NCBI GenBank assembly: GCA_020346765.1
Contig: CP070788.1
Location: forward strand, 1,908,783-1,963,571
Reading direction: 5' to 3'
Origin: Nitrospiraceae bacterium
GTDB taxonomy: Bacteria > Nitrospirota > Thermodesulfovibrionia > UBA6902
Length of the DNA: 54,789 nt
The position numbers were made by a program, and so were the translations under genes. Shown here piece by piece: positions 1 to 8,695 of the stretch. Position 1 is the first letter of the stretch. Every line of letters starts with the position of its first letter. The notes under the pieces are model-generated. The model did not search any database and had not been told where the DNA came from. It was given only the letters and a program-made list of their open reading frames with translations.

Positions 1-537
1 CTTGGTCAGGGCGTAGATGTTGGATTTAGCGACCCTGCTGTGGGCGATATCTCCGATTATGGCCACCGTAAGGCCGTTCAACCCTTTTCTATGGGACTGT
101 ATCGTGAACAGGTCAAGGAGGGCCTGCGTGGGATGTTCGTTGGCGCCGTCGCCGGCATTGATCACGGACATGTTAAGGAAGGTGCTGAGAAAGTGGGGGA
201 CTCCTGCCGCACCGTGCCGTATGACAACGAAGTCAGCGCCAAGGGCCTGGATTGTCATGGCCGTATCACGCACGGTCTCGCCTTTCACCACACTGCTTGT
301 TGATACGGAAAAGTTGACGAAGTCCGCGCTCAGGCGCTTTGCGGCAAGGGCAAAAGACGTCTTTGTCCTCGTGGAGGGCTCAAAGAACAGACTGACCAGG
401 GTTTTGCCTCTCAGGGGAGGGACCTTTTTGATGTCACGCTTCAGAACGTCCCTGAAGCTGGACGCTGTATCGAGAATATGGTATATCTCCGCGGACGTGA
501 GGTCCTTGATTCCCAGAAGGTGTTGTGATTTAAGCAT
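1..537 (-). CDS. pyrB: aspartate carbamoyltransferase catalytic subunit, N-terminal 179 codons (gene continues past the left edge)
   Basis: My own minus-strand translation from the ATG at 537-535 reads [79 protein letters not shown]... It contains the ATCase carbamoyl-phosphate motif (S-T-R-T-K). The ORF is open at the window edge, so it is absent from the ORF track. It lies directly downstream of pyrR. Confidence 0.85.
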   Translation of the reverse strand, partial: MLKSQHLLGIKDLTSAEIYHILDTASSFRDVLKRDIKKVPPLRGKTLVSLFFEPSTRTKTSFALAAKRLSADFVNFSVSTSSVVKGETVRDTAMTIQALGADFVVIRHGAAGVPHFLSTFLNMSVINAGDGANEHPTQALLDLFTIQSHRKGLNGLTVAIIGDIAHSRVAKSNIYALTK

Positions 538-590
538 TCAAACCTTTTAGTGCGCCGGCGGGTTCATCCCCCCGGGGCTGCACGACTCAA

Positions 591-1124
591 TTATTTTTCA
601 CCGAGCAGGACAACCCTGTCGCTGCCCTGCTCTGTGCCAATGGTTGCCTCCACGCGCTCGTGAACGGATGTGGGGATGTTCTTCCCCGCGTAGTCGGCCC
701 GTATGGGCAGCTCCCGGTGGCCTCTGTCAATAAGGACGGCCAGCTGAATGGCCGCAGGCCGGCCGAAATCAATGAGGGCGTCCATGGCAGCCCTGATGCT
801 CCTGCCCGTGAAAAGGACGTCATCAACCAGCACAACGGTCTTGCTGTCTATATTGCAGGGGATTTCCGTGCGTTTGACCACGGGCTGCTCTTCCTTGGTG
901 TGGATGTCGTCCCGGTAGAAGGAAATGTCCAGGGTGCCCACTTCAATGTGCCCCCCCTCGATGGCCTCAATCTGGGCAGCCAGCCGTTCGGCGAGAACCA
1001 CGCCGCCCTTCTGGATGCCCACAAGGCACAGATCATGTGTGCCCTTGTTTTTCTCAATGATTTCATGAGCCATCCGTCTGATTGCCCGGATGATGTCATT
1101 GCTGTCGAGCAGTACTTTAGGCAC
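591..1124 (-). CDS. pyrR: bifunctional pyrimidine operon regulator / uracil phosphoribosyltransferase PyrR
   Basis: 177-aa ORF with a GTG start. It carries the PRPP-binding loop VVLVDDVLFTGRSIRAA and a typical PyrR N-terminus (ILDSNDIIRAIRRMAHEIIEKN). It is followed by pyrB. Confidence 0.9.
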   Translation of the reverse strand: MPKVLLDSNDIIRAIRRMAHEIIEKNKGTHDLCLVGIQKGGVVLAERLAAQIEAIEGGHIEVGTLDISFYRDDIHTKEEQPVVKRTEIPCNIDSKTVVLVDDVLFTGRSIRAAMDALIDFGRPAAIQLAVLIDRGHRELPIRADYAGKNIPTSVHERVEATIGTEQGSDRVVLLGEK

Positions 1125-1220
1125 AGGTATCCCCTTTTTTGCTTATCGTTACAGGAAATTAGAGGTCTCGGCGAGGTCGGCAGTCCAGCTTTTCCAGGAT
1201 AAATAATGCATGGATGAATC

Positions 1221-1250
1221 CTTTCCAGCCTCTCGGGACCAGTTTAAAGG
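1221..1250 (-). promoter_or_regulatory. candidate PyrR-binding RNA hairpin in the pyrR-pyrB leader
   Basis: The minus-strand leader reads CCUUUAAACUGGUCCCGAGAGGCUGGAAAGG, about 100 nt upstream of the pyrR GTG. The core UCCCGAGAGGCU differs at one position from the PyrR site core UCCAGAGAGGCU as I remember it. The flanks CCUUU/AAAGG can pair. Confidence 0.5.
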
Positions 1251-1431
1251 TTACTGCTGCTGGTCATAGTAATATAATTGAAAACGCATTGTCAAGAGGC
1301 AGGCGGCGCGCACGGGACTTAATAATAAAACGGAATGATCCGAAAATAATGCTATTTAAGGAAAGGCTCATTATCCACGGTATATACATTAAGCATATGG
1401 AGATCAAGCACTTAAGTATGGGAGAAAATAT

Positions 1432-2289
1432 ATGGAAGTCCTGTCACGGGAAGACCTCATAGCAAAAGCCGGAGACCTGAATGTACTGCCTTTTGTGGCC
1501 AAAAAGCTTCTTGAGGCGGTGAGTGACCACAACGTGACCATTGAAACGCTGTGCAGCATCATAGAAAAAGACCAGACCATTGCCGCCCGGGTTCTCAAGA
1601 TATCCAACAGCGCGCTCTACGGCCTGCGGCAGGAAGTAACAAGTCTCAATCAGGCCGTCATGGTCCTCGGGCTCAGGACCATCCGGAGCCTGGTGCTGTC
1701 CGTATCGACGAAGTCCCTGTACCGTACCTTTGGCATGACGGAGAAAATGATGTGGGAGCATTCGGTTGGCGCTGCTGTTGCCAGCCGGCTGATATCGGCC
1801 GATTTCGGAAACGAGATGAAAGAGGTGGCTTTCACGGGCGGCCTTATGCATGACCTTGGCAAGATATTCATGAACAATGAGACACCCAAGGCCTTTTCGC
1901 AGACAATGATGAATATTTACAATGAACACATGGACTCAATTGAAGCGGAAAAGGATGTCTACGGATTCATCCATCCTGAGATCGGCGCCGCGGTCGTGAG
2001 AAAGTGGGGCCTTTCGCCGATGACCGCGGAAATTATTGCACATCACCATCTTCAGGACACAAGCCTTGAGAGCATCAGGGAGCCTGTGGCCGCGAAAGGC
2101 GTTGCCACGGTGCACCTGGCAAATCATGTCTGCAAGGTTCTGGGGATCGGGTATCGCACTCCCGATGCAAGCATCGTACTCCATGATCTTCCCTCTGCCC
2201 GGTTCCTTGGCATAAACAAAGACAGGATGGAAAGCCTTGCTGCCCAGACCGGTGATATGTTCGCGAGCGAAAAATCGCTCTTTGATTAA
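1432..2289 (+). CDS. HDOD domain signalling protein
   Basis: 285 aa. The HDOD-like N-terminal half is LPFVAKKLLEAVSDHNVTIETLCSIIEKDQTIAARVLKISNSALYGLRQEVTSLNQAVMVLGLRTIRSLVL. An HD-like segment HDLGK follows. An SD-like GGGAG lies upstream of the ATG. Confidence 0.8.
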   Translation: MEVLSREDLIAKAGDLNVLPFVAKKLLEAVSDHNVTIETLCSIIEKDQTIAARVLKISNSALYGLRQEVTSLNQAVMVLGLRTIRSLVLSVSTKSLYRTFGMTEKMMWEHSVGAAVASRLISADFGNEMKEVAFTGGLMHDLGKIFMNNETPKAFSQTMMNIYNEHMDSIEAEKDVYGFIHPEIGAAVVRKWGLSPMTAEIIAHHHLQDTSLESIREPVAAKGVATVHLANHVCKVLGIGYRTPDASIVLHDLPSARFLGINKDRMESLAAQTGDMFASEKSLFD

Positions 2290-2317
2290 GACGGCAGAAA
2301 CCTGCTCCGGGGCGGTC

Positions 2318-2659
2318 TTACCGTTCCTTCCCGCTCCGGTACCTGATCACAGATACCTTCTCCATGGTAATGAGCCCCTCCTTCACGGTCTCGTCAAGGA
2401 AGGGGAGTATCTTTTCGATGTTTTCTGCGCTGTCAACGATCTCGATCATCACGGGCAGGTCGTCTGAAAGGCGGAGGAGCTTTATGGAGTGGATGCGACT
2501 TGCCGCGCCGTAGCCCATGATACCCCTGAAGACCGTGGCTCCTGCCAGGTTCATCTCCCGGGCCTTCAGGACAATGGCCTCGTGGAGGGCCTTGCCCTTA
2601 TGGGTGTCCGACTCTCCGATAAATATTCTCAGCAGTGTTCCCTCTTCGGGCAGTTTCAT
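2318..2659 (-). CDS. DUF190 (PII-like) protein, usual partner of CrcB
   Basis: 113 aa. The pattern LLRIFIGESD..GKALHEAIVLKAREMNLAGATVFRGIMGYG...DLPVMIEIVD matches the DUF190/COG1993 family as I remember it. Its start lies 9 nt downstream of the crcB stop. Confidence 0.7.
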   Translation of the reverse strand: MKLPEEGTLLRIFIGESDTHKGKALHEAIVLKAREMNLAGATVFRGIMGYGAASRIHSIKLLRLSDDLPVMIEIVDSAENIEKILPFLDETVKEGLITMEKVSVIRYRSGKER

Positions 2660-2668
2660 TTGTCTATC

Positions 2669-3055
2669 CTATTTCATGTGGTTAATGAGATATCGTGCAA
2701 GCAAAAAGCCTCCGCACACCAGAACCAGGGTGAGCATGTTGCTGGCAAGCACATTGAAAAAGGCAAGCTTCAGCTCTCCCTCCCTGAAGAGGTTCATGGT
2801 TTCCAGGGCATAGGATGAGAACGTGGTAAACCCGCCGAGCACGCCGATAAAGAGGAAGTTCCGCGCCTGCGGAGGCAGGTCTTCCATCTCGAAAAGGCCC
2901 CAGAGCGCGCCTATCAGAAATGAACCAAGGCTGTTGACCGCGAGTGTGCCCCAGGGGAATATGCCTCCCGTGACCCGGTAGGTGTATCCCGACAGGGAAT
3001 AGCGGAACACCGTGCCGATTGCCCCGCCTGCTGCAAGGAAAATGTATTTTATCAT
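2669..3055 (-). CDS. crcB: fluoride ion channel CrcB/FluC
   Basis: 128 aa with four hydrophobic segments. CrcB signatures are GGAIGTVFRY, GTLAVNSLGSFLIG and GVLGGFTTFSS. Confidence 0.9.
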   Translation of the reverse strand: MIKYIFLAAGGAIGTVFRYSLSGYTYRVTGGIFPWGTLAVNSLGSFLIGALWGLFEMEDLPPQARNFLFIGVLGGFTTFSSYALETMNLFREGELKLAFFNVLASNMLTLVLVCGGFLLARYLINHMK

Positions 3056-3411
3056 GGAACTGGCTGTAAATCCCGGAAAAGCGGCTCCTCCAGGGAATGA
3101 CGTTTTTTTTAAACATTACCCTGACCTGCACCGAAAAATCAATGAAGGGTAGTGCCGCATAAACGTCGACCCCCGTGTAAGGATGAAACCGAGGGAATGC
3201 CGCACAAGGCACGGCCACACCCGCTCCTTAATCGATTTCTCAATTCGTCTTGGACAATCTGATAATTGACGGTGGTGTTTTTTTATGGTATGTCTGCCTT
3301 AATGACTTATTGTTCTGCCCCGGCAAGGGCCCATGTCAGGCATGTACGGGACGAACACAATCAATAGGATGTGGCATTATGTGCGCTGGCAGCGCATGGA
3401 ACGGAGGAAAG

Positions 3412-4137
3412 ATGAAAGGAATAGCAGGCGCAGCACTGTCTCTGGTTTTTCTGGCTATTGCTGTCAGTCACGCCGGGTATCTGGATGAGCTTTTAAAAAA
3501 AGTGACCCCGATGGCCGAAAGCGAGCTGGATACTGATACGATTATCAAAGGCCTCAAGGAAGCGCTCGCGGTGGGGACGGACAAGGCGGTCACGCAGGTG
3601 TCCCAGGTGGACGGATATTTCGGTAATGAGGCGATAAAAATCCTGATGCCCGAGAAGATGAGCAGCGTGGCCGACATGCTGGCACGGGTGGGCTTTCAGG
3701 AGGAGGTGGACAACTTTGTCATGAGCATGAACCGGGCCGCCGAAAAGGCCGCCCCTGAAGCAGCGGGCCTCTTCACGGACTCAATCAGGCAGATGTCCAT
3801 CAATGACGCGAAGAAGATCCTGAACGGCGGTGACACTGCTGCCACGGATTACTTCAGGGAGAAGACCGGGAAACAGCTCGGAGAAAAATTCAGGCCGCGC
3901 ATTTCTGAAAGCATGAACTCCGTGGGTGTGGCGCGCTATTACAAGGACATGATGGACAAATACTCCCAGATCCCCTTTGCGAAGGACGTGGCCTTTGACC
4001 TCGATGAGTATGTGACAGACAAGTCCGTTGACGGCCTCTTCCACATGGTGGCCCAGGAGGAAAAGAAGATCAGGACAGACCCGGCGGCACGGGTCACGGA
4101 CCTTCTGAAAAAGGTCTTTGAAAAACAGGCTCCCTGA
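3412..4137 (+). CDS. DUF4197 family secreted protein
   Basis: I place the start at the internal ATG (codon 55 of ORF 3250..4137), which is preceded by GGAGGAAAG. A signal peptide [21 protein letters not shown] follows. The body ([17 protein letters not shown]...[15 protein letters not shown]) resembles DUF4197. Confidence 0.65.
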   Translation: MKGIAGAALSLVFLAIAVSHAGYLDELLKKVTPMAESELDTDTIIKGLKEALAVGTDKAVTQVSQVDGYFGNEAIKILMPEKMSSVADMLARVGFQEEVDNFVMSMNRAAEKAAPEAAGLFTDSIRQMSINDAKKILNGGDTAATDYFREKTGKQLGEKFRPRISESMNSVGVARYYKDMMDKYSQIPFAKDVAFDLDEYVTDKSVDGLFHMVAQEEKKIRTDPAARVTDLLKKVFEKQAP

Positions 4138-4297
4138 CAGGGCCGGCAAGAGTGTTCTTGACATCCCTCTGTACTGTCACATTTACTTCTTCATATTTAC
4201 TTCTTGTAATCCGCCTGAAGTTGTGATACATTAGTGCGCATTAAAAGGATCCAGAGGAAGCAAAAAATACATTGACAATAAAAAGGGAGGAGTGAAC

Positions 4298-5584
4298 ATG
4301 AAGAAGCAACTCGCCGTTGTTGTATTGTCATTCATTTTTGTTCTCGCTGCTGCCGTTGGCATGGCAGATGCAGAGAACCGGAAGGGGGCTGTTTCGTTCA
4401 GCCCTCATCTGGGAGGGTATGTCTTTGAAGGGAACCAGAACATTAACAGCGACCCCGTTTATGGAGTAGGGCTTGGCTATAACATTACCGAGAGATTCGG
4501 GCTTGAAGGTGTCTTTGACTGGGTAGATACGGACAGCAGGACAAGCAGCAAGGAGCCTGATGTGGAGGCCATGATTTACCGGCTTGATGCCCTCTATCAT
4601 TTTATGCCGGAAAGCAGCTTTGTGCCCTACGTCAGCCTCGGCGGCGGTGCAATAAACATTAACAAGGACCCCGGGGAGAGCGATACCGACGCCCTGGTTA
4701 ACTACGGAGGCGGGTTCAAGTACTTTGTGACCGACTCCTTTGCCGTACGGGCAGACGTGCGCCATATTATCGATGTTGAAGATGATGTATACAACAATCT
4801 CATTTATACCCTGGGGCTGAACGTGCTCTTCGGCGGACAGGAAAAGGCGCCGGAACCCATGGACAGTGACGGCGACGGGGTTTATGACGATGCAGACAAA
4901 TGCCCTGACACGCCCACGGGGGTGGTTGTTGACCATGACGGATGCCCGCTGGACAGCGACGGGGACGGAGTGCCTGATTACCTGGATAAGTGCCCGGGAA
5001 CACCGGCAGGCGCGGCCGTGGACAAAAATGGATGCCCGCTGGACAGTGACGGTGATGGCGTGCCTGATTACCTGGACAAGTGCCCGGGGACACCGGCAGG
5101 TGCTGCTGTTGACAGCAAAGGATGCCCGCTGGACAGCGACGGTGATGGCGTGCCCGATTATATGGACAAATGTCCCGATACCCCCAAGGGCATCGAGGTT
5201 GATTCTGTGGGGTGCCCCGTACCCATTAAGGAGAAAGTTTCCATCGAACTCCATGTGCTCTTTGATTTCGACAGTGACAGGGTCAAGAGCGTCTACCGCG
5301 AGGACATCGAGAAAGTCGCTGCATTCCTCCAGGCCTATCCTGAGGTGACGGCTGAAATTGAAGGCCACACGGACAGCGTCGGTGCAGAGGAATACAACCA
5401 GAAGCTGTCCCAGAGAAGGGCCACGAACGTCATGAACTACCTGATCGGACAGGGCATTGACCCGAACCGCATTCAGGCCGTGGGGTATGGTGAAAGCAGG
5501 CCCGTTGCTGACAACCAGACAAAGGAGGGACGGGACAGGAACAGGCGGGTACAGGCGGTGATATCCACCATCGTCACAAAGTAA
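4298..5584 (+). CDS. OmpA-family outer membrane protein: N-terminal beta-barrel, thrombospondin type-3-like Ca-binding repeats, C-terminal OmpA peptidoglycan-binding domain
   Basis: The ATG at 4298 lies 7 nt after GGGAGG and is followed by a signal peptide. A barrel-like region comes first. Repeats DSDGDGVPDYLDKCPGTP follow. The C-terminus carries the OmpA_C motif (GHTDSVGAEEYNQKLSQRRA...NRRV). Confidence 0.85.
   Translation: MKKQLAVVVLSFIFVLAAAVGMADAENRKGAVSFSPHLGGYVFEGNQNINSDPVYGVGLGYNITERFGLEGVFDWVDTDSRTSSKEPDVEAMIYRLDALYHFMPESSFVPYVSLGGGAININKDPGESDTDALVNYGGGFKYFVTDSFAVRADVRHIIDVEDDVYNNLIYTLGLNVLFGGQEKAPEPMDSDGDGVYDDADKCPDTPTGVVVDHDGCPLDSDGDGVPDYLDKCPGTPAGAAVDKNGCPLDSDGDGVPDYLDKCPGTPAGAAVDSKGCPLDSDGDGVPDYMDKCPDTPKGIEVDSVGCPVPIKEKVSIELHVLFDFDSDRVKSVYREDIEKVAAFLQAYPEVTAEIEGHTDSVGAEEYNQKLSQRRATNVMNYLIGQGIDPNRIQAVGYGESRPVADNQTKEGRDRNRRVQAVISTIVTK
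4859..5215 (+). repeat. in-frame 90-bp tandem repeats encoding the TSP3-like modules
   Basis: Units start at about 4940, 5030 and 5120 (gatgcccgctggacag[c/t]gacgg...). The first two differ at only a few mostly synonymous positions. A degenerate copy precedes them at about 4859-4939, and the last copy diverges in its second half. Confidence 0.85.
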
Positions 5585-5606
5585 CCGGTTCATAGCACAT
5601 ACAGGG

Positions 5607-5644
5607 GAAGCCTGCCCGGACTGACGGGCAGGCTTCTTTTTTTT
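5607..5644 (+). terminator. Rho-independent terminator after the ompA-family gene
   Basis: The stem GAAGCCTGCCCG / CGGGCAGGCTTC is followed by a T8 run, 23 nt after the stop codon. Confidence 0.85.
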
Positions 5645-5747
5645 ATTCTCCATACAGAGGTTCTTCAAGTCCGGCATGGGCTCTTCCGCACTCTTGCACT
5701 GCTGCTCTTTGTTGATAGAGCGCAAAGCGATCTGATATACTCATCCC

Positions 5748-6473
5748 GTGATTGTAATCCCTGCCATAGACCTGAAAGACGGCAAGTGTGTTAGGCTCCT
5801 TCAGGGCAGGAAAGAAGAGGTTACGGTGTACTCCGATGATCCCCCCTCTGTGGCCATGCACTGGGTCGACCTCGGTGCCAAGCTCCTTCACCTTGTTGAC
5901 CTTGACGGTGCGTTTACCGGTGAACAGAAGAACTTTGACCAGATCCGGAAAATCAGAAAGGCCGTGCACATTCCCATACAGCTGGGCGGGGGGATCCGGG
6001 ACCTTTCAAGAATTGACCATCTGATAAACGCCGGCGTTGACCGGGTGATCATCGGGACGTCTGCTGCCACGAATCCTGAAATGGTACAGGAGGCCTGCGG
6101 CGAATATCCGGGAAAGGTCCTTGTCGGCATAGACGCAAAGGATGGAAATGTTGCCGTGAAAGGGTGGGTGGAGGTGACGGAATTCGAAGCCATTGCATTC
6201 GCACGGAAGATGGAAGGAATGGGGACTGCGGGCATCATCTACACGGACATTTCTCGGGATGGCATGATGACGGGTCCCAATGTTGAGGCAATGGCGAAGA
6301 TGGTCAGGGCCGTGAGCATACCGGTGATCGCGTCAGGAGGCGTGTCACGCCTTGACGATATCAGGAACCTGATGCAGGTTGCGGACCTCTGGGGCGTTAT
6401 AACGGGCAAGGCCCTGTACACGGGATCGCTTGACCTGAAGCAGGCGATTGAGATGACGATGAGCAGTGCGTGA
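5748..6473 (+). CDS. hisA: ProFAR isomerase HisA
   Basis: 241 aa with a GTG start. The N-terminus IVIPAIDLKDGKCVRLLQG and the motif VDLDGA, plus a TIM-barrel phosphate-binding end, are typical of HisA. Confidence 0.9.
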   Translation: MIVIPAIDLKDGKCVRLLQGRKEEVTVYSDDPPSVAMHWVDLGAKLLHLVDLDGAFTGEQKNFDQIRKIRKAVHIPIQLGGGIRDLSRIDHLINAGVDRVIIGTSAATNPEMVQEACGEYPGKVLVGIDAKDGNVAVKGWVEVTEFEAIAFARKMEGMGTAGIIYTDISRDGMMTGPNVEAMAKMVRAVSIPVIASGGVSRLDDIRNLMQVADLWGVITGKALYTGSLDLKQAIEMTMSSA

Positions 6474-6532
6474 AGACAGTGAGGCCAAAGGCGAGGGGCA
6501 CGAGGCCATAGAAAAACAATCGAGGAAGAAAC

Positions 6533-7375
6533 ATGTTAGCCAAGAGAATCATCCCCTGTCTTGATGTGAAAGACGGGCGGGTTGTGAAAGGGGTCAACTT
6601 TCAGAACCTTACTGACGCAGGAGACCCTGTGGAGAACGCGAAGTTCTACGATGACGAGGGCGCTGATGAACTGGTGTTCCTCGACGTGACCGCATCCCAT
6701 GAAAAGAGAAAGATCATCCTCGACGTCGTAGGCCGGACAGCAGATGATGTCTTCATGCCCCTTACCGTGGGAGGGGGGATAAAGGGCCTGGACGACATCC
6801 GCGACCTCCTCAACGCGGGGTGCGACAAGGTATCCATCAATACCACGGCAGTCCACGATCCCTTTTTCATTAAAAAGGCCTCTGAGCGTTTTGGGAGCCA
6901 GTGTATTGTCGTTGCTGTGGATGCCAAGCGCGTCAGGCCTGACATGACTTATGAACCGGAAGAGCCGTGGTTCAGCGACCCCTTTCTGCGTGAGGTCCGT
7001 CTTGTTGTTCCCTCCAACGGCGGGCTGGTGTGGGCAATATCCACGCACGGAGGAAGAAAGATGCGCTTCATCGATGCGGTGAAGTGGGCGAAGAAAATGG
7101 AAGACCTCGGGGCCGGGGAAATCCTGCTCACGAGCATGGATAGGGATGGTACCAGGGACGGCTACGATATTGACCTGACGAGGGCGATTGCCGAGGCCGT
7201 CACCATCCCCGTTGTCGCATCAGGCGGTGTGGGCACGCTGGAGCACCTGAGGGAAGGCCTGGTAGAAGGCAAGGCAGATGCTGCCCTGGCCGCATCCATT
7301 TTTCACTACCGGGAGTACTCAATTACCCAGGCCAAGGAGTACCTGAGGGAACGGGGCGTGCCCGTCAGGCTCTGA
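6533..7375 (+). CDS. hisF: imidazole glycerol phosphate synthase cyclase subunit HisF (with an internal insertion)
   Basis: 280 aa. It reads [20 protein letters not shown]...[14 protein letters not shown]...ASGGVG...ALAASIFHY. See the finding on the insertion between AKRV and THGGRK. Confidence 0.9.
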   Translation: MLAKRIIPCLDVKDGRVVKGVNFQNLTDAGDPVENAKFYDDEGADELVFLDVTASHEKRKIILDVVGRTADDVFMPLTVGGGIKGLDDIRDLLNAGCDKVSINTTAVHDPFFIKKASERFGSQCIVVAVDAKRVRPDMTYEPEEPWFSDPFLREVRLVVPSNGGLVWAISTHGGRKMRFIDAVKWAKKMEDLGAGEILLTSMDRDGTRDGYDIDLTRAIAEAVTIPVVASGGVGTLEHLREGLVEGKADAALAASIFHYREYSITQAKEYLRERGVPVRL

Positions 7376-7442
7376 AGTTTTTTTTTCACTCTTCGGACTT
7401 TCCTGTCTGTAATACAACCAATGGAATGGTCTTTGCCAGAAA

Positions 7443-8486
7443 CTATGCGGGCTGACTGTTCAGGACTTCTTCTCTGTGCCTCTTCTTTTCGATCCTGAAG
7501 GCGTTGATGACGGCGTCGCTTGCAGGCTCTGCGGTGACATGATGCTTGTCAACACCCTGCCAGACAGCAACAGTGACACGGGGGAGGTGTTTGGCGTCTG
7601 AGTAGCGGGCGCAGATTGACGCTGCAAGGGCAAAGGCCTCGTCAGTCCCTTCCCCGAGGACGACAGTGGTGGGGCTGCCATACCCTTCAACGTCCAGGAT
7701 CACGTCATCATGGCCGGCCAAGCTGCGGATTGCGCTGTTTTCGCTTTTGTTCCTTCCCACGACAATCTTGCAGCGCGAAGAAAACCTGAAATGGCGACCC
7801 ACTCTCAGAAAATTGATCTCCCGGTAGCCGGGGTCTTTACTGTGCTCAAGGAGGTCCCTCAGTCTGTGCGAGTAATTGGGTTCAGTCAAGAGGCATCCAC
7901 CTGCCGGAGCAGGGTACTCCGTAAGACCCCATTCTTCGGCAAGGGACATCTGGGGCTTCCGTGTCCGGCCGTTAATATCATGCATGAGCTTACGGCTAAT
8001 GAGACCTTTCTCTTCCGGTATTGTGACGGGGAGAAGCTTTCCGCTTAGCGGCCTGACCACAAGGCCGCTTACACCGGCTTCCCGGTCGATGCGCGGGAAG
8101 CAGTCCCTGCGCTGGCTCATGGGACGCTGGCCAAGGACCTCGCCGGTTATGAGAAAGTCAGCGCCGGTCATGTCCATGAACTCCCGCGCCTCCCTGAGCA
8201 TAAGGATACGGCAGTCCATGCAGGGGTTCATGTTTTTCCCATGGCCGTATTTAGGATTAATTATTATATTCAAGAACTTGCCAGATAAATGTGCAAGTTT
8301 AACTTTAAATCCGAACTTGAGCGAAGCAGCAAAGGGGTCCTTTGAACAGGAGGACCTGTCGCTGATATCGCACCCGAAATGATTCATGAAGGTAATGGCC
8401 GTTACCTCCACTCCCTGCTTCATCATGGCAATCACGGCAAGGGTGCTGTCCAGGCCGCCTGAATAGAGGGCAACCGCCTTTGGCAT
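7443..8486 (-). CDS. PP-loop ATP pyrophosphatase, tRNA-thiolation-like (ThiI/MnmA-related)
   Basis: 347 aa. It has an N-terminal SGGLDS PP-loop (AVALYSGGLDSTLAV), a CxxC (NPCMDCRILM), and ITGEVLGQRPMSQ, typical of thiouridylase-type adenine nucleotide alpha hydrolases. Confidence 0.6.
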   Translation of the reverse strand: MPKAVALYSGGLDSTLAVIAMMKQGVEVTAITFMNHFGCDISDRSSCSKDPFAASLKFGFKVKLAHLSGKFLNIIINPKYGHGKNMNPCMDCRILMLREAREFMDMTGADFLITGEVLGQRPMSQRRDCFPRIDREAGVSGLVVRPLSGKLLPVTIPEEKGLISRKLMHDINGRTRKPQMSLAEEWGLTEYPAPAGGCLLTEPNYSHRLRDLLEHSKDPGYREINFLRVGRHFRFSSRCKIVVGRNKSENSAIRSLAGHDDVILDVEGYGSPTTVVLGEGTDEAFALAASICARYSDAKHLPRVTVAVWQGVDKHHVTAEPASDAVINAFRIEKKRHREEVLNSQPA

Positions 8487-8695
8487 GGGTTCTCCTTCCT
8501 GGGAATCAATAAACGTACTTCATTGTACAACGGCAGAGAGGTAACTTTCAAATAAACCCGAGATGAAAAGCGGGAATACCGGGCCTTCTGTTGCGCGGAG
8601 AGTTGATTTATGGTAACGTGAAGGGGCAGGATATGACGTACGCATGTGCAGGAATCAGGAAAGCACCGCATAATGTCTGTTCAGGAGGATGAGTC

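Noticed and set aside
3056-3240. An expected fluoride (crcB-motif) riboswitch upstream of the crcB-DUF190 operon.
   Set aside because: I read both strands against the remembered consensus (GGnGAUGnnGUUCnCC-AUAAACnGC...GCUGAUGAnnCCU). The minus (sense) strand has no GAUG/CUGAUGA elements. The plus strand has a superficially similar CGCAUAAACG but no P1 helix or pseudoknot partner, and it is the wrong strand. Only a bulged hairpin (CAGGGAATG...CATTACCCTG) is present. A cmscan with RF01734 would settle the question.
3382-3396. The palindrome TGCGCTG-g-CAGCGCA, 16 nt upstream of the DUF4197 start, and the 11-bp direct repeat ATTTACTTCTT x2 (4181..4205) upstream of the ompA-family gene, as operator sites.
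   Set aside because: Both are real in the sequence, but they are short and could occur by chance. There is no cognate regulator or second copy in the window to support a regulatory call.
4859-5215. The 90-bp tandem repeats as a CRISPR array or non-coding VNTR.
   Set aside because: There are no unique spacers. The units are contiguous, in frame and encode TSP3-like Ca-binding modules of the OmpA-family protein.
4328-5725. A 465-aa minus-strand ORF antisense to the OmpA-family gene. Similar long antisense or alternate-frame ORFs occur at 22633..23736 (+), 21295..22110 (+), 16023..16709 (-), 33519..34304 (+) and 36363..37106 (+).
   Set aside because: Each lies entirely opposite or out of frame to a gene with unmistakable family motifs. 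Their translations are low-complexity (R/G/H/P-rich) with no recognisable domains. These are typical shadow ORFs of GC-rich coding DNA.
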